Below, piece by piece: positions 20,626-30,596 of a DNA stretch of 64,000 nucleotides. A program made the position numbers and the translations under genes. The stretch covers positions 13,090 through 77,089 of the IMG/VR virus record IMGVR_UViG_3300036770_006511. One strand, given 5' to 3'. The notes under the pieces were generated by a model. It did not search any database. It was not told the DNA's origin and saw only the letters and a list, made by a program, of their open reading frames with translations. The DNA is from a virus. Every line of letters starts with the position of its first letter. Position 1 is the stretch's first letter.

Positions 20626-22259
20626 TGATTACAGTAGGTTATTCAACTCGCTCACATAAACCCGAACTAATAGAGTATTTTAAAAAATCGTCGGGTAACC
20701 CAAATCACGTTGAAGTAATAGAAAAAATTAATGACGGAAGTAAATCTCTGTCAGAAGTTTATAATGAAATTATTTCAGAATCTAAAAGTGATATTGTAAT
20801 ACTGTGTCACGATGATATCTATTTTGACACCAACGCATGGTATTCAAAAGTTCTAAGGAACTTTGAGAAAACTGAATTTGGTATTATTGGTGTCGCGGGA
20901 ACACCCAAATTACCTGAAAGTGGTAGGTGGTGGGAAGACCGTTCAAAAATGTTTGGTATTGTAAATCACGAAAGTGAAGGAAGAAAATGGACCTCAACAT
21001 ACTCCTCGAATTTAGGAAATGAAATCAAAGAAGTTGTAATTGTTGATGGTGTTTTTATTTCTATTCATAAGAAAAGAATCAAAAGTCAGTTTCTCGAAGA
21101 GTTTGAAGGATTTCACTTTTACGACTTACCGTTCTGTTTGGAAAATTATTTGAATGGTGTTAAGGTCGGTGTATGCACAAATATTCGGATAACCCACAAA
21201 TCAATTGGAGAAACCAACCAACAGTGGGAAGATAATAGAACTCTTTTCGTAAAAAAATACGAAAATAGTTTACCTGTTAAAGTTCCGTTTGACCCCAAGC
21301 ATAAAATGAAAGTCCTTATTTCTTCTATGTTTTTTAGAACTTTTACTGGGTCTGAGGTTTATGTCTATGAGTTGGCAAAATCACTTAAAAAACAAAATTG
21401 TGAGGTAACAGTTCTTTCACAAATTGGTGGACCTCTTACTGATTTGGCAAAAAAAGAGGGAATCAAATGTCTGTCTTTCGAAGAAGCCCCTGGTTTTAAA
21501 ATGGGTGATGGTAAATGGTTAGTAATGGGTCCTGACGGTAATCCACAACCTTCAAACCCAACAACACTTTATAAAACAAGTGAGGTCGACTTCGATATAA
21601 TTCATATTCAACACAAACCCGTGATGGAAAGAATTATAAATTTGTATCCCAATATAGATAAAATTGCTTCCATTCACTCTGAGGTAATTGAGTTGGAAGA
21701 CCCAATTATTCACGATTCAATTAAACATTACATAGCAATCAGACCTGAAATCAAAGAACATATTGTAAGTAAATTTGGTATTGATGAAAATAAGGTTTCA
21801 GTAATTTATAATCCAATCGACAAAAACAAGTTCCCTACATTACCTAAAAAAGAAAATGGTTATATTCTATTCGTTGGTACTATCGACTACCTGAGGGAGT
21901 TTGCAATTAAAGATGCTGGAGAATATGCCATATCATTAGGAAAAGAACTTTGGTTGGTCGGAGAGGACAAATCCATTTATTTAAAAAGTTATTTGAATAA
22001 CCCATCCATTAAACATTTTCCATCAACTTGGAATCTAAAACCTTTTATCGAAGGTGCATACGAAACTGCAGGAATTCAATTAGGTCGAACCACAATCGAA
22101 AGTTGGATGAGTGGTAAAGACAGTTGGATTTACAAAGTCAACGAAAATGGTGATATTATTTCAAAAGAAAAAACTTCATCTCCTGAGGATATCGAGAAAT
22201 TCTACTCAGAAAATGTTGCAAAACAAATTAAAGAAGAGTATTTAAAAATATTGTCGTGA
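20625..22259 (+). CDS. Two-domain glycosyltransferase (GT2-like plus GT-B)
   Basis: LCHDDI, VIVDGVF, FHFYD; second domain begins KVLISS..TGSEVYVYELA. Confidence 0.8.
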   Translation: MITVGYSTRSHKPELIEYFKKSSGNPNHVEVIEKINDGSKSLSEVYNEIISESKSDIVILCHDDIYFDTNAWYSKVLRNFEKTEFGIIGVAGTPKLPESGRWWEDRSKMFGIVNHESEGRKWTSTYSSNLGNEIKEVVIVDGVFISIHKKRIKSQFLEEFEGFHFYDLPFCLENYLNGVKVGVCTNIRITHKSIGETNQQWEDNRTLFVKKYENSLPVKVPFDPKHKMKVLISSMFFRTFTGSEVYVYELAKSLKKQNCEVTVLSQIGGPLTDLAKKEGIKCLSFEEAPGFKMGDGKWLVMGPDGNPQPSNPTTLYKTSEVDFDIIHIQHKPVMERIINLYPNIDKIASIHSEVIELEDPIIHDSIKHYIAIRPEIKEHIVSKFGIDENKVSVIYNPIDKNKFPTLPKKENGYILFVGTIDYLREFAIKDAGEYAISLGKELWLVGEDKSIYLKSYLNNPSIKHFPSTWNLKPFIEGAYETAGIQLGRTTIESWMSGKDSWIYKVNENGDIISKEKTSSPEDIEKFYSENVAKQIKEEYLKILS

Positions 22260-22981
22260 TAAAAGTTGTTAGTTGTTTTTGGAATGCGGAAAAGTACATT
22301 GGGAAATGTGTTGAGTCTCTTTTAATGCAAAAACATACAAACTTTGAGGTTTTTTTTATTGATGATATGTCTACAGATAATACTGTAGAAAAAATAAAAA
22401 AACTCATTGGTACTGACCCTCGTTTCAAAATAGCGGTAAACTCAGAAAAAAAATTCAAACTTAGAAACTTAGATGAATTAATCAGAACCTTTGATGACGA
22501 GGACATTGTAATCGAATTAGATGGGGATGATTGGCTATATGTTCCTACAGTTTTGAGTGAGATTGAAAAAACATATCAAGACCCATCAGTGTGGCTCACA
22601 AACGGTTCCTTTATGTATTCTAATGGTATGAAAGGATTTTCCTCTAAATGTAATCCAAACTCAATTCGTAGAGATGCTTTTCGGTTTTCACATTTGAGGA
22701 CTTGGAAATCTTTTTTGTGGAAAAATATTCCGTTGGAAAACTTCAAAGAAACCAATGGTGAATACTTCAGGTCAGGTGCAGATGTGGCATACACTTTTCC
22801 ACTTTTGGAACTGGCTGGTGAGGAAAACTACAAATTTATCCCTAACGTATTATATGTTTATAATGGGGAATCTCCCTACAATGACCATAAAGAAGGAAGT
22901 GCTTGTGGAGGTTTATCGGAACAATCACGAGTCGCAAATATCATAAGAAATAAACCCCCCCTTAAAAAATTAATTAGATAA
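22256..22981 (+). CDS. GT2-family glycosyltransferase
   Basis: NAEKYIGKC, IDDMSTD, ELDGDDWL. Confidence 0.88.
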   Translation: MIKVVSCFWNAEKYIGKCVESLLMQKHTNFEVFFIDDMSTDNTVEKIKKLIGTDPRFKIAVNSEKKFKLRNLDELIRTFDDEDIVIELDGDDWLYVPTVLSEIEKTYQDPSVWLTNGSFMYSNGMKGFSSKCNPNSIRRDAFRFSHLRTWKSFLWKNIPLENFKETNGEYFRSGADVAYTFPLLELAGEENYKFIPNVLYVYNGESPYNDHKEGSACGGLSEQSRVANIIRNKPPLKKLIR

Positions 22982-23796
22982 TGTCAGAAGTTATTTCAAC
23001 TGCATTCCTCATGGGAGGACTTGGAAATCAAATGTTCCAAGCCGCACATGCACTTGCACAGGGTAAAAAACACAACGTACCTGTGAGGTTTAAGTGTGAA
23101 TCATGGACACCAATGCAAGGGAGACAAACTCCCGAATATAAAAACAATATTTTCAGAAACCTCGATTTCAATTGGATTGAAACTCCGCTTAACCGAGTGG
23201 TCGAAGGTCCTTGGGAATATTCTGAAATTGTTGCAGATTGGACTCGTGCCACTGAATTTTACGGATACTTTCAAAGTAGTCGTAACTTTTTGGGTTATGA
23301 TGATTACATCCGAGAAACCTATTCCCCCACTGAGGAATTCAAAAATGAAGTCTACGAGAAATACCCTCAATTGAATCAAGACAATACTCTGTCCATACAC
23401 ATTCGTTTGGGAGATTATAAAAACAACCCACACATTCACCCATCAATTTCAGTTGAATACATCAATAGAGCCCTTGCTGAAATTGGAGGTTATTCACACG
23501 TGTTCATTTTTAGTGAAGACAAGGAATGGATTAGAGAAAACTTACAATTAGAAAACTCAACTGTGGTTGATGAAGAAGATTGGAAAGAACTATGGATGAT
23601 TTCAATGTGTAAAAACAACATCAATTCTAATTCAACGTTCTCTTGGTGGGGTTCATTTTTAAATCAAAACCCAAATAAAAAGGTGGTTGCACCATCGATT
23701 TGGTTTGGACCGAGTGGTCCACAATATTATAAAGACATTTACGAGTCTTATTGGACTGTATTGGATGTTGTATATGATAACGGACTCTTAAAATAA
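22981..23796 (+). CDS. GT11 alpha-1,2-fucosyltransferase-like protein
   Basis: GGLGNQMFQ, GYFQS, HIRLGDY, FSED, NSTFSWWG. Confidence 0.92.
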   Translation: MSEVISTAFLMGGLGNQMFQAAHALAQGKKHNVPVRFKCESWTPMQGRQTPEYKNNIFRNLDFNWIETPLNRVVEGPWEYSEIVADWTRATEFYGYFQSSRNFLGYDDYIRETYSPTEEFKNEVYEKYPQLNQDNTLSIHIRLGDYKNNPHIHPSISVEYINRALAEIGGYSHVFIFSEDKEWIRENLQLENSTVVDEEDWKELWMISMCKNNINSNSTFSWWGSFLNQNPNKKVVAPSIWFGPSGPQYYKDIYESYWTVLDVVYDNGLLK

Positions 23797-23802
23797 AAAA
23801 CT

Positions 23803-24612
23803 ATGGTAAAAATTAATATGCTTTCTCGAAACTTTGCACACGACAAAGGTTCCACCGCGAATAAACCACCAGTTCACATTGAGTGGGCTTTTGGTTCTTA
23901 TGATAACCCTATCTCAGTCTATTTGGATAACGATGCAATGAGGGGGGTAAATGATAAAAGTAATGGTAAACTTAGTTTTCTGTGGTTAATCGAATCAAGA
24001 AGATTTGATGGTGGTGCAATTGATACCATCAAAAATAACTTGGATGCAATTGTAAACACATACGAACAAATTTGGACTCACAACCAAGAGTTGTTGGCAC
24101 TTCACCCCAAATTCAAATGGGCACCCGCGTATGGTAGTTATATCACAGATTTTGGTATTCACCCGAAAACTAAACTCGCTTCGATGATTGTTTCAGACAA
24201 GAGATGGACTCGTCAACATGAAATTCGTCACGATTTTGCAATGGCAAATAAAGAAAACATCGACGTATACGGACGTGGTACTCGTGAAATAGCAAAAAAA
24301 GAAATTGGTTTAAACGACTATATGTTCTCGTTTGCTGCGGAAAACGATACCTACGACACTTACTTCACGGAAAAAATCTTGGATTGTTTCGCTACGGGGA
24401 CTATTCCTATTTACATGGGAACATCAAGAATTGTGGAACATTTCAATCCTGATGGAATATTGTTCTTTGATGGTACCTACGACTTGAGTACTCTAACACC
24501 CGAACTTTACTATTCTAAAATGGATGCAATTAAAGACAACTTTGAACGTGTACAAAAATATAGTGTGTTGGATGATTGGTTGTTTGAAAACTACCTAGTT
24601 CATTATGTCTAA
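23803..24612 (+). CDS. GT10 alpha-1,3/4-fucosyltransferase-like protein
   Basis: YMFSFAAEN..DTYFTEKI.DCF..GTIPIY.G signature. Confidence 0.85.
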   Translation: MVKINMLSRNFAHDKGSTANKPPVHIEWAFGSYDNPISVYLDNDAMRGVNDKSNGKLSFLWLIESRRFDGGAIDTIKNNLDAIVNTYEQIWTHNQELLALHPKFKWAPAYGSYITDFGIHPKTKLASMIVSDKRWTRQHEIRHDFAMANKENIDVYGRGTREIAKKEIGLNDYMFSFAAENDTYDTYFTEKILDCFATGTIPIYMGTSRIVEHFNPDGILFFDGTYDLSTLTPELYYSKMDAIKDNFERVQKYSVLDDWLFENYLVHYV

Positions 24613-25315
24613 AATTTGTTTGATTAATCAACCGGCTGGGTTGGGTGATATATTCTTTCTTCAAAAATTTGTCGATAAAAAAATTTCTGAAGGGTTTGAG
24701 GTTATATTCCCAACCCTTCCGTCTTTGATTTATGTTAGAGATTACATAAAAAAAGATGGATTAAGATTCTTCTCCATTGACGAGGATTTTCCTCATAAAG
24801 GATTTATGGGTCACCATGACATTGTGAAAAACGAAAATTTGGAATACTATCCTTTTCACATTGCAGACAGACGAATTCCAGGTTCTTGTATGGAAGCAAA
24901 ATACACTCTTGTGGGAGAAGATTATCTTGGATGGCAAGACCACTTCAGTTGGACAAGAAATTTAGAAAAAGAAAATGAGTTGTACTATAATATTTTGGGA
25001 CTAACAGACGGTGAAGAATATTCCTTAGTTTCAAACGTGTGGGGCACTCCACCAACAAATAATTTTCGTGAAGTTCCCATCAGTGGAAAATACAAAATTG
25101 TTCAGGTTAAAATGGTGGATGGATTCACTCCTTTTGATTGGTCAAAAGTTATCGAAAACGCAAAAGAAATATCAATTGTGGACACATCATTCAATTACCT
25201 TATTGAAAAATTGAATTTAAAATCGGAGAATCTTTATCTAACTTCAAGGTTTACTCCTCCTGACTTTTCCCATATTATTAACATATTCAAGAAAAACTGG
25301 ATATATCAAAACTAA
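24605..25315 (+). CDS. Putative glycosyltransferase (GT-B-like)
   Basis: N-terminal QPAGLGDIFF and C-terminal IVDTSF resemble GT9-like motifs; glycan-island context. Confidence 0.5.
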   Translation: MSKICLINQPAGLGDIFFLQKFVDKKISEGFEVIFPTLPSLIYVRDYIKKDGLRFFSIDEDFPHKGFMGHHDIVKNENLEYYPFHIADRRIPGSCMEAKYTLVGEDYLGWQDHFSWTRNLEKENELYYNILGLTDGEEYSLVSNVWGTPPTNNFREVPISGKYKIVQVKMVDGFTPFDWSKVIENAKEISIVDTSFNYLIEKLNLKSENLYLTSRFTPPDFSHIINIFKKNWIYQN

Positions 25316-25316
25316 A

Positions 25317-26300
25317 ATGAAAAAGAAATTTTTAATCACAGGAATTACAGGTTTTGCTGGACCAAATTTGGCGAAACTTTTACTAAAAGAAGGACACGAA
25401 GTTCACGGGGTAATTAGATGTCCAAACGGCAGACAAACTGATTTGTTGGATATTCTTACCATTGATGAGTTGAATGCAATTACCTTTCATAATCTCGATT
25501 TGAGACTTTATCACAGTGTACAAAAGTTGTTCTCAACCCACCAATTTGATGGTGTGTTTCACTTGGCGGCACAATCACATCCACCCACCAGTTTTTCTGA
25601 CCCCATTTTGACATTCGAAGAAAATGTTACTGCAAGTATGAATATTATCACCTGCTTGGATAATACAGATACTAAACTAATGTTCTGTTCTACCTCCGAA
25701 GTTTATGGTGATACGTGTAAAGACCGTGGAATTTTGAGTACAACTGACCCCCTTACACCTCATAACCCCTACGCAGCATCAAAAGCGGCAATTGACTTGT
25801 ATTTGCAAGAGAGATTCAAAAATGGATTTATCAAAGGATTTATCACACGTGCATTCTCTCACACAGGACCTCGTCGTGGTTTTAACTTCTCTATTTCATC
25901 TGATGCATATCAAATCGCTCAAATGGTACTTGGTAAACAGGAAAAGGTTCTAAGAATTGGTAATCTTAACACTGAGAGAGTTGTTATTGACGTAAGGGAT
26001 TGTGTCAACGCCTACTACCTACTTATGATGACTGAGGAATCAAATGGTAAAGTGTTTAATGTTTGTGGTACAGAAAAACACAAAATGCAATACTTCACAG
26101 ATAAGTTAATCGAAGCATCGGGTATCCCCTATGATGAAATCGAACAACGTATTGATGAAAAATTGTACCGACCCATCGACATTCAAGTACAAATTGGTGA
26201 TTCAACGGAACTCAAAGATATTACAGGTTGGGAACCCACTTACACCATTGAAGAAACTATGAGAGACCTGTTAAACTACTGGATTAACAAACTTAAGTAA
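25317..26300 (+). CDS. gmd: GDP-mannose 4,6-dehydratase-like SDR
   Basis: LITGITGFAG, HLAAQSH, STSEVYG, YAASK, LYRPID. Confidence 0.75.
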   Translation: MKKKFLITGITGFAGPNLAKLLLKEGHEVHGVIRCPNGRQTDLLDILTIDELNAITFHNLDLRLYHSVQKLFSTHQFDGVFHLAAQSHPPTSFSDPILTFEENVTASMNIITCLDNTDTKLMFCSTSEVYGDTCKDRGILSTTDPLTPHNPYAASKAAIDLYLQERFKNGFIKGFITRAFSHTGPRRGFNFSISSDAYQIAQMVLGKQEKVLRIGNLNTERVVIDVRDCVNAYYLLMMTEESNGKVFNVCGTEKHKMQYFTDKLIEASGIPYDEIEQRIDEKLYRPIDIQVQIGDSTELKDITGWEPTYTIEETMRDLLNYWINKLK

Positions 26301-26301
26301 T

Positions 26302-26691
26302 ATGGAAAAACCAATGATTATCAACACCCACGAGTGTCCCGAATGTAAGATTCCAAAAGGATGGGGACATGAAGTTATTTTTGAAAATAACGAATTGTAC
26401 TGTGGAAAATTATTGGTTTTTAAAAAGGGGTGTTCTTTCTCTATGCACTACCATATGATTAAAGATGAAACTTGGTATGTACAAGAGGGTGAATTCATTT
26501 ATAAATGGGTCGATACAGAAACCGCAGAAGTTGTACAAGAGGTTTTAGTTCAAGGTGATAGTGTTAGACAAAGACCTGGACAACCTCACCAACTCGAAGC
26601 ATTAACAGATGGAGTTATCTATGAGGTTTCAACACAACATTTTGATTCTGACTCCTACCGTGTTTGGAAAGGAGAATGTCGCAATCAGTAA
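26302..26691 (+). CDS. Cupin (sugar-phosphate isomerase-like)
   Basis: KGWGHE, SMHYH..KDETWYV, PGQPHQL, EVST. Confidence 0.8.
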   Translation: MEKPMIINTHECPECKIPKGWGHEVIFENNELYCGKLLVFKKGCSFSMHYHMIKDETWYVQEGEFIYKWVDTETAEVVQEVLVQGDSVRQRPGQPHQLEALTDGVIYEVSTQHFDSDSYRVWKGECRNQ

Positions 26692-27080
26692 ATGTTTGGG
26701 TTAACGGTACTTTTGATATACTTCATCGCGGACACCTTGAACTCTTTGAGTTTGCGTCCAAGTTAGGAAAGTTGAGGGTCGGGATTGACACCGACGTTAG
26801 AGTTAAAAAATTAAAAGGGGAAACCCGACCTATCAACACATTCGAGGACAGAAAATTTTTCTTAGAGTCCCTATCTTTTATTGACAGTGTTGTCGGATTT
26901 TCAACTGATAAAGAACTGGTAGAACAAATCGAATTTTGGAACCCAAAATATTTTGTCATTGGGACAGACTATTTCGGGAAAAATATTATTGGTCGAGACA
27001 AAGCACAGAACCTTATTTTTTTTGAAAAAATTTCAGGTTACTCAACAACAAAAATTATTGACCAATGTACAAAGTACTAG
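26676..27080 (+). CDS. HldC/RfaE domain II-like heptose-1-phosphate nucleotidyltransferase
   Basis: NGTFDILHRGH (HxGH), LKGETRPIN, GTDY, YSTTKII; ATG at 26676. Confidence 0.85.
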   Translation: MSQSVNVWVNGTFDILHRGHLELFEFASKLGKLRVGIDTDVRVKKLKGETRPINTFEDRKFFLESLSFIDSVVGFSTDKELVEQIEFWNPKYFVIGTDYFGKNIIGRDKAQNLIFFEKISGYSTTKIIDQCTKY

Positions 27081-27814
27081 TTGTTGGGGAAAGTTGTTTA
27101 GATGTTTTCACTTATGGTGATGTGGAACGTCTATCTCCTGAAGCTCCAGTACCAGTTTTCAAACCAAAAAAAGATGTTTCTAACCAAGGTATGGCGGGGA
27201 ATGTTGTCAAAAATTTGGAAAAGATTTCCACCAATTCTGAAATAACATTTTGGACTCAAATCGAACAAATTACAAAACAAAGGATGGTTGATAAAAAAAC
27301 CAACCATATGTTAATTAGGGTAGATACAGGTGAAAATTCTAAACTTTCTGAATTAGTTTTAGACCAAGAACTAAAGAAAACTATTTCCGAGTTTGATGTA
27401 GTTATAATAAGTGATTATAACAAAGGTTTTATCTCTGAGGAAACCTTCGTTGAAATCGGAACTTTGTCTAAACTTTTATTTGTGGATTCGAAAAGAATGT
27501 TGACGCAAGAAATGATTGATGTATCAAATTTCATTAAGTTGAATCAACAAGAATACTACAATAACAAAGAAATTGTTCACCAAAATCTCGAAAAATTTGT
27601 AATCACCTTAGGTGCGGAGGGTGCTCAATATCTTGGTACAATATACCCTTCACCTAAACCTCAAGAAACTATTGATGTGAGTGGAGCGGGTGATACTTTC
27701 ATCGCATCCCTAACCATCAAATATTTAGAAACAAATAAAATAACAGAAGCAATTGAGTTTGCAAATAAAATGTCCTCCATTGTAGTATCGAAAAGGGGGG
27801 TAGTAACACCGTAA
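27065..27814 (+). CDS. HldA/RfaE domain I-like heptose-7-phosphate kinase (PfkB family)
   Basis: ERLSPEAPVPV, GMAGNV, SDYNKG, DVSGAGDTF. Confidence 0.88.
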   Translation: MYKVLVVGESCLDVFTYGDVERLSPEAPVPVFKPKKDVSNQGMAGNVVKNLEKISTNSEITFWTQIEQITKQRMVDKKTNHMLIRVDTGENSKLSELVLDQELKKTISEFDVVIISDYNKGFISEETFVEIGTLSKLLFVDSKRMLTQEMIDVSNFIKLNQQEYYNNKEIVHQNLEKFVITLGAEGAQYLGTIYPSPKPQETIDVSGAGDTFIASLTIKYLETNKITEAIEFANKMSSIVVSKRGVVTP

Positions 27815-27819
27815 TTATA

Positions 27820-28482
27820 ATGAGTTTATTCGGAGCATTTTGGGATAAGGACCCAAATCCTGTAGGTGGTAGTCAGTTTGGTAATAACAAAGGGCTATTT
27901 TATAATCTAAACTGGTACCCTAAAGGGGTATTACACATTGGTGCTTGGGACGCATGGGAGGCTAAACAATATGCTCACTATTGTGGTTCTAACTCAATTT
28001 TTATCGAGGCCAACCCAAAGTCCTATGAAAGGTTTAAAAAAGAAATTGAACAATTTGGTCAGAAAATTTTTAATTTTGCTGCGTGGAATGAAGACGATAA
28101 AGAAATGAATTTATATTGTCCACCAGGTCGAGAAGACACAAGTTCACTCATTCAACAAACAGGAAATATAATAAAAGTTCATACTATACGAATGGACACA
28201 TTATTTGATAGATTCGGGTTCAATTTTGATAACTTTGATTTATTAAACATCGACACTGAAGGAGTGGAGCTCCAAGTGTTACAAGGTTTGGGTGAAGGAT
28301 TAAAAAAATTTACTTATATCATTGTTGAGGTTAGTGATATAGGAAGTGAATCGGATAAAAATGTAAATCAATATCTCATCGACAATGGATTTGAATTTAT
28401 AAAAGATAGTACCCACCACCATAGTGGTATAAATAACAAATGGTTTTGTGATAAACTATACAAAAAAAATGACAATATCTGA
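27820..28482 (+). CDS. FkbM-family methyltransferase
   Basis: LHIGAW, FIEANP, LNIDTEGVELQVLQG. Confidence 0.85.
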   Translation: MSLFGAFWDKDPNPVGGSQFGNNKGLFYNLNWYPKGVLHIGAWDAWEAKQYAHYCGSNSIFIEANPKSYERFKKEIEQFGQKIFNFAAWNEDDKEMNLYCPPGREDTSSLIQQTGNIIKVHTIRMDTLFDRFGFNFDNFDLLNIDTEGVELQVLQGLGEGLKKFTYIIVEVSDIGSESDKNVNQYLIDNGFEFIKDSTHHHSGINNKWFCDKLYKKNDNI

Positions 28483-29140
28483 AAAACAAAAATTCATATT
28501 TGTTGAGGTAGGTTCTACGGGTTCAACCTCAATAAGAAATGTTTTAAAACGATATCAAGACATTAGATTACAAGTCAAAGAAGGATACCACTATAGTAAA
28601 GATAGTCACGGTAATCCATCACATATTGCTTTGTGGGCTCTTGGCAATAATTTAAATTTAGATGAGTACTACAAATTTGCATTTTTTCGCAATCCTTGGG
28701 AGGTTGCTGTCAGTAAATTCTTTTTTCACAGAGGAAATCATGTTGTAAACAGTCACAAACATCCCGCTGAGGAACGTATACATGGACATTTTTCTTGCGA
28801 TTTTAATGAATGGGCACAAGAGCCAGGTTTTTTAGATACACATTATGAGAGTAAAACAAAAACAATGTGGGATATGGTTGCAAAAGGGGACAAAATTTTA
28901 GTTGACGACATTTACGATTTTAAAAATTTGTACGACAATTGGGAAATTATTTGTGGAAAAATTGGTATCCAACACCAAAAATTAATCAATAACAAAGACC
29001 CTGAAAGTAATATTGTGTGTGGAAAAAAACAAAAAAAACATTATTCCACGTATTATAATGATAAAACTATCCAAATTGTGAGGGAACATTTCGTGAAAGA
29101 AATAGAATATTTTGGATATGAATTTGACGACCAAAGATGA
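28469..29140 (+). CDS. Sulfotransferase family 2-like protein
   Basis: KFIFV..STGSTS, FFRNPWE..VS, HYSTYY...DEIEYFGYEF-type ending; ATG at 28469. Confidence 0.75.
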   Translation: MTISEKQKFIFVEVGSTGSTSIRNVLKRYQDIRLQVKEGYHYSKDSHGNPSHIALWALGNNLNLDEYYKFAFFRNPWEVAVSKFFFHRGNHVVNSHKHPAEERIHGHFSCDFNEWAQEPGFLDTHYESKTKTMWDMVAKGDKILVDDIYDFKNLYDNWEIICGKIGIQHQKLINNKDPESNIVCGKKQKKHYSTYYNDKTIQIVREHFVKEIEYFGYEFDDQR

Positions 29141-29967
29141 AAAGTTCAGTAGTAATTTTAACAAAAAATGACAATTACGGAGGTAATTTATCACATAGGG
29201 CAAAAATGTGTGTAAACTCCTTAGTTGAGAATTTTGACGAGGTAGTAATAGTTGATTGGAAAACAAGGGATGGGAAAACTCTTTTGTCCACATTCATTGA
29301 TGAAGTACCACATATCGGTAAGATAAAAAGTATTGAGGTTAGTAGTGATTTACTGAAAGAAAAATACCCTCAATTCTATAAATGGAATATTTTAGAAGCC
29401 GTTGGTAGAAACATCGGGATTCGTAGAGCAACTGGAGATTGGATTGCATCCACTAATGTGGACATTGTGACAACACCTTTAGATTTTTCATCCCTAAATC
29501 CAAACGAATTTTATACTTCCTCAAGACGGGATATCGATGAAAATTTTCACAAAGGTTTTCAAAATTATACAGAGTTAAAAACAACTCTATGGAATAATAG
29601 GGATAGTTACCGAGATAAACCCCAAATTCATAATTCTACAGATAAGTGGTCCTTAGTTATTTGTTGTGGTGATTTTCAAGTTGGTTCAAAAGAAATTTGG
29701 GAAAAGTCCAAAGGATTTGAGGAATCGATACTATTTGGTTGTGGAATTGATTCTAATATAATGAAAAAAGCGTCTTACTATTCCGAGATAAAAATATTAC
29801 CTTACTATCTTTTTCACCTTAATCATGGAAAAGGGGGGGAAAGATTCGATGGTGAGCAAACACCCCCAATGTCAAATCAAACCAGTGTAATCCAAGATTT
29901 TACAATCACAACGAATGATGAGAATTGGGGACTTATGAATGAAGATTTTAAAATAGAAATTATATGA
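29137..29967 (+). CDS. GT-A (GT2-like) glycosyltransferase
   Basis: KNDNYGG, VIVDW, RNIGIRRATGDWI..TNVDI, GDFQ. Confidence 0.7.
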   Translation: MKSSVVILTKNDNYGGNLSHRAKMCVNSLVENFDEVVIVDWKTRDGKTLLSTFIDEVPHIGKIKSIEVSSDLLKEKYPQFYKWNILEAVGRNIGIRRATGDWIASTNVDIVTTPLDFSSLNPNEFYTSSRRDIDENFHKGFQNYTELKTTLWNNRDSYRDKPQIHNSTDKWSLVICCGDFQVGSKEIWEKSKGFEESILFGCGIDSNIMKKASYYSEIKILPYYLFHLNHGKGGERFDGEQTPPMSNQTSVIQDFTITTNDENWGLMNEDFKIEII

Positions 29968-30596
29968 AAATTATTATAGTAGGTGGTCAAGCGGGTGCTA
30001 AGATTGCAACAGAAATTTTTACCATAAATTACCCACACGCAGAAATTTTTTACGCAGAAACCTATTGGGTGGATAAGAAGGGGGAACAAATAACTGATGA
30101 CTATAAAAAAGTACCTGAACTCATTTCTGATGAAGGATTTGAATATTTCATAGCAACTGGAGACAACCTCCAAAGGTCGGAAATCCATGGGTTTATAAAG
30201 TCACAAACTCAAAAAGAACCAATCAATTGTATTCACCCTTCAGTGGTTGTTTCACCATCTGCAAAAATTGGATTTGGTAACTTGATTTGTCCAACCGCAG
30301 TATTACACACTGATTCTGAAATTGGTAACTGCACGATTGTAAACACAGGTGCTATTGTAGAGCACGATTGTAAAGTAGGAAACTATTCACAAATATCACC
30401 CAACGTTACATTATGTGGTAGAGTACAGGTTAGTGAATATTGTTTTATTGGTGCATCATCCGTTATTATTCCAGGTAAAATTATTGGTACTAAATCTACC
30501 GTTGCTGCAGGTAGTGTCGTAATTGATTATGTACCTAACAATGTATTAGTTGCTGGTGTACCTGCTAAAATTAAAAAAAATAACTATCAAAAATGA
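29964..30596 (+). CDS. NeuD/PglD/PerB-family sugar acetyltransferase
   Basis: Hexapeptide repeats, IHPS, VEHDC, AGVPAK. Confidence 0.9.
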   Translation: MKIIIVGGQAGAKIATEIFTINYPHAEIFYAETYWVDKKGEQITDDYKKVPELISDEGFEYFIATGDNLQRSEIHGFIKSQTQKEPINCIHPSVVVSPSAKIGFGNLICPTAVLHTDSEIGNCTIVNTGAIVEHDCKVGNYSQISPNVTLCGRVQVSEYCFIGASSVIIPGKIIGTKSTVAAGSVVIDYVPNNVLVAGVPAKIKKNNYQK

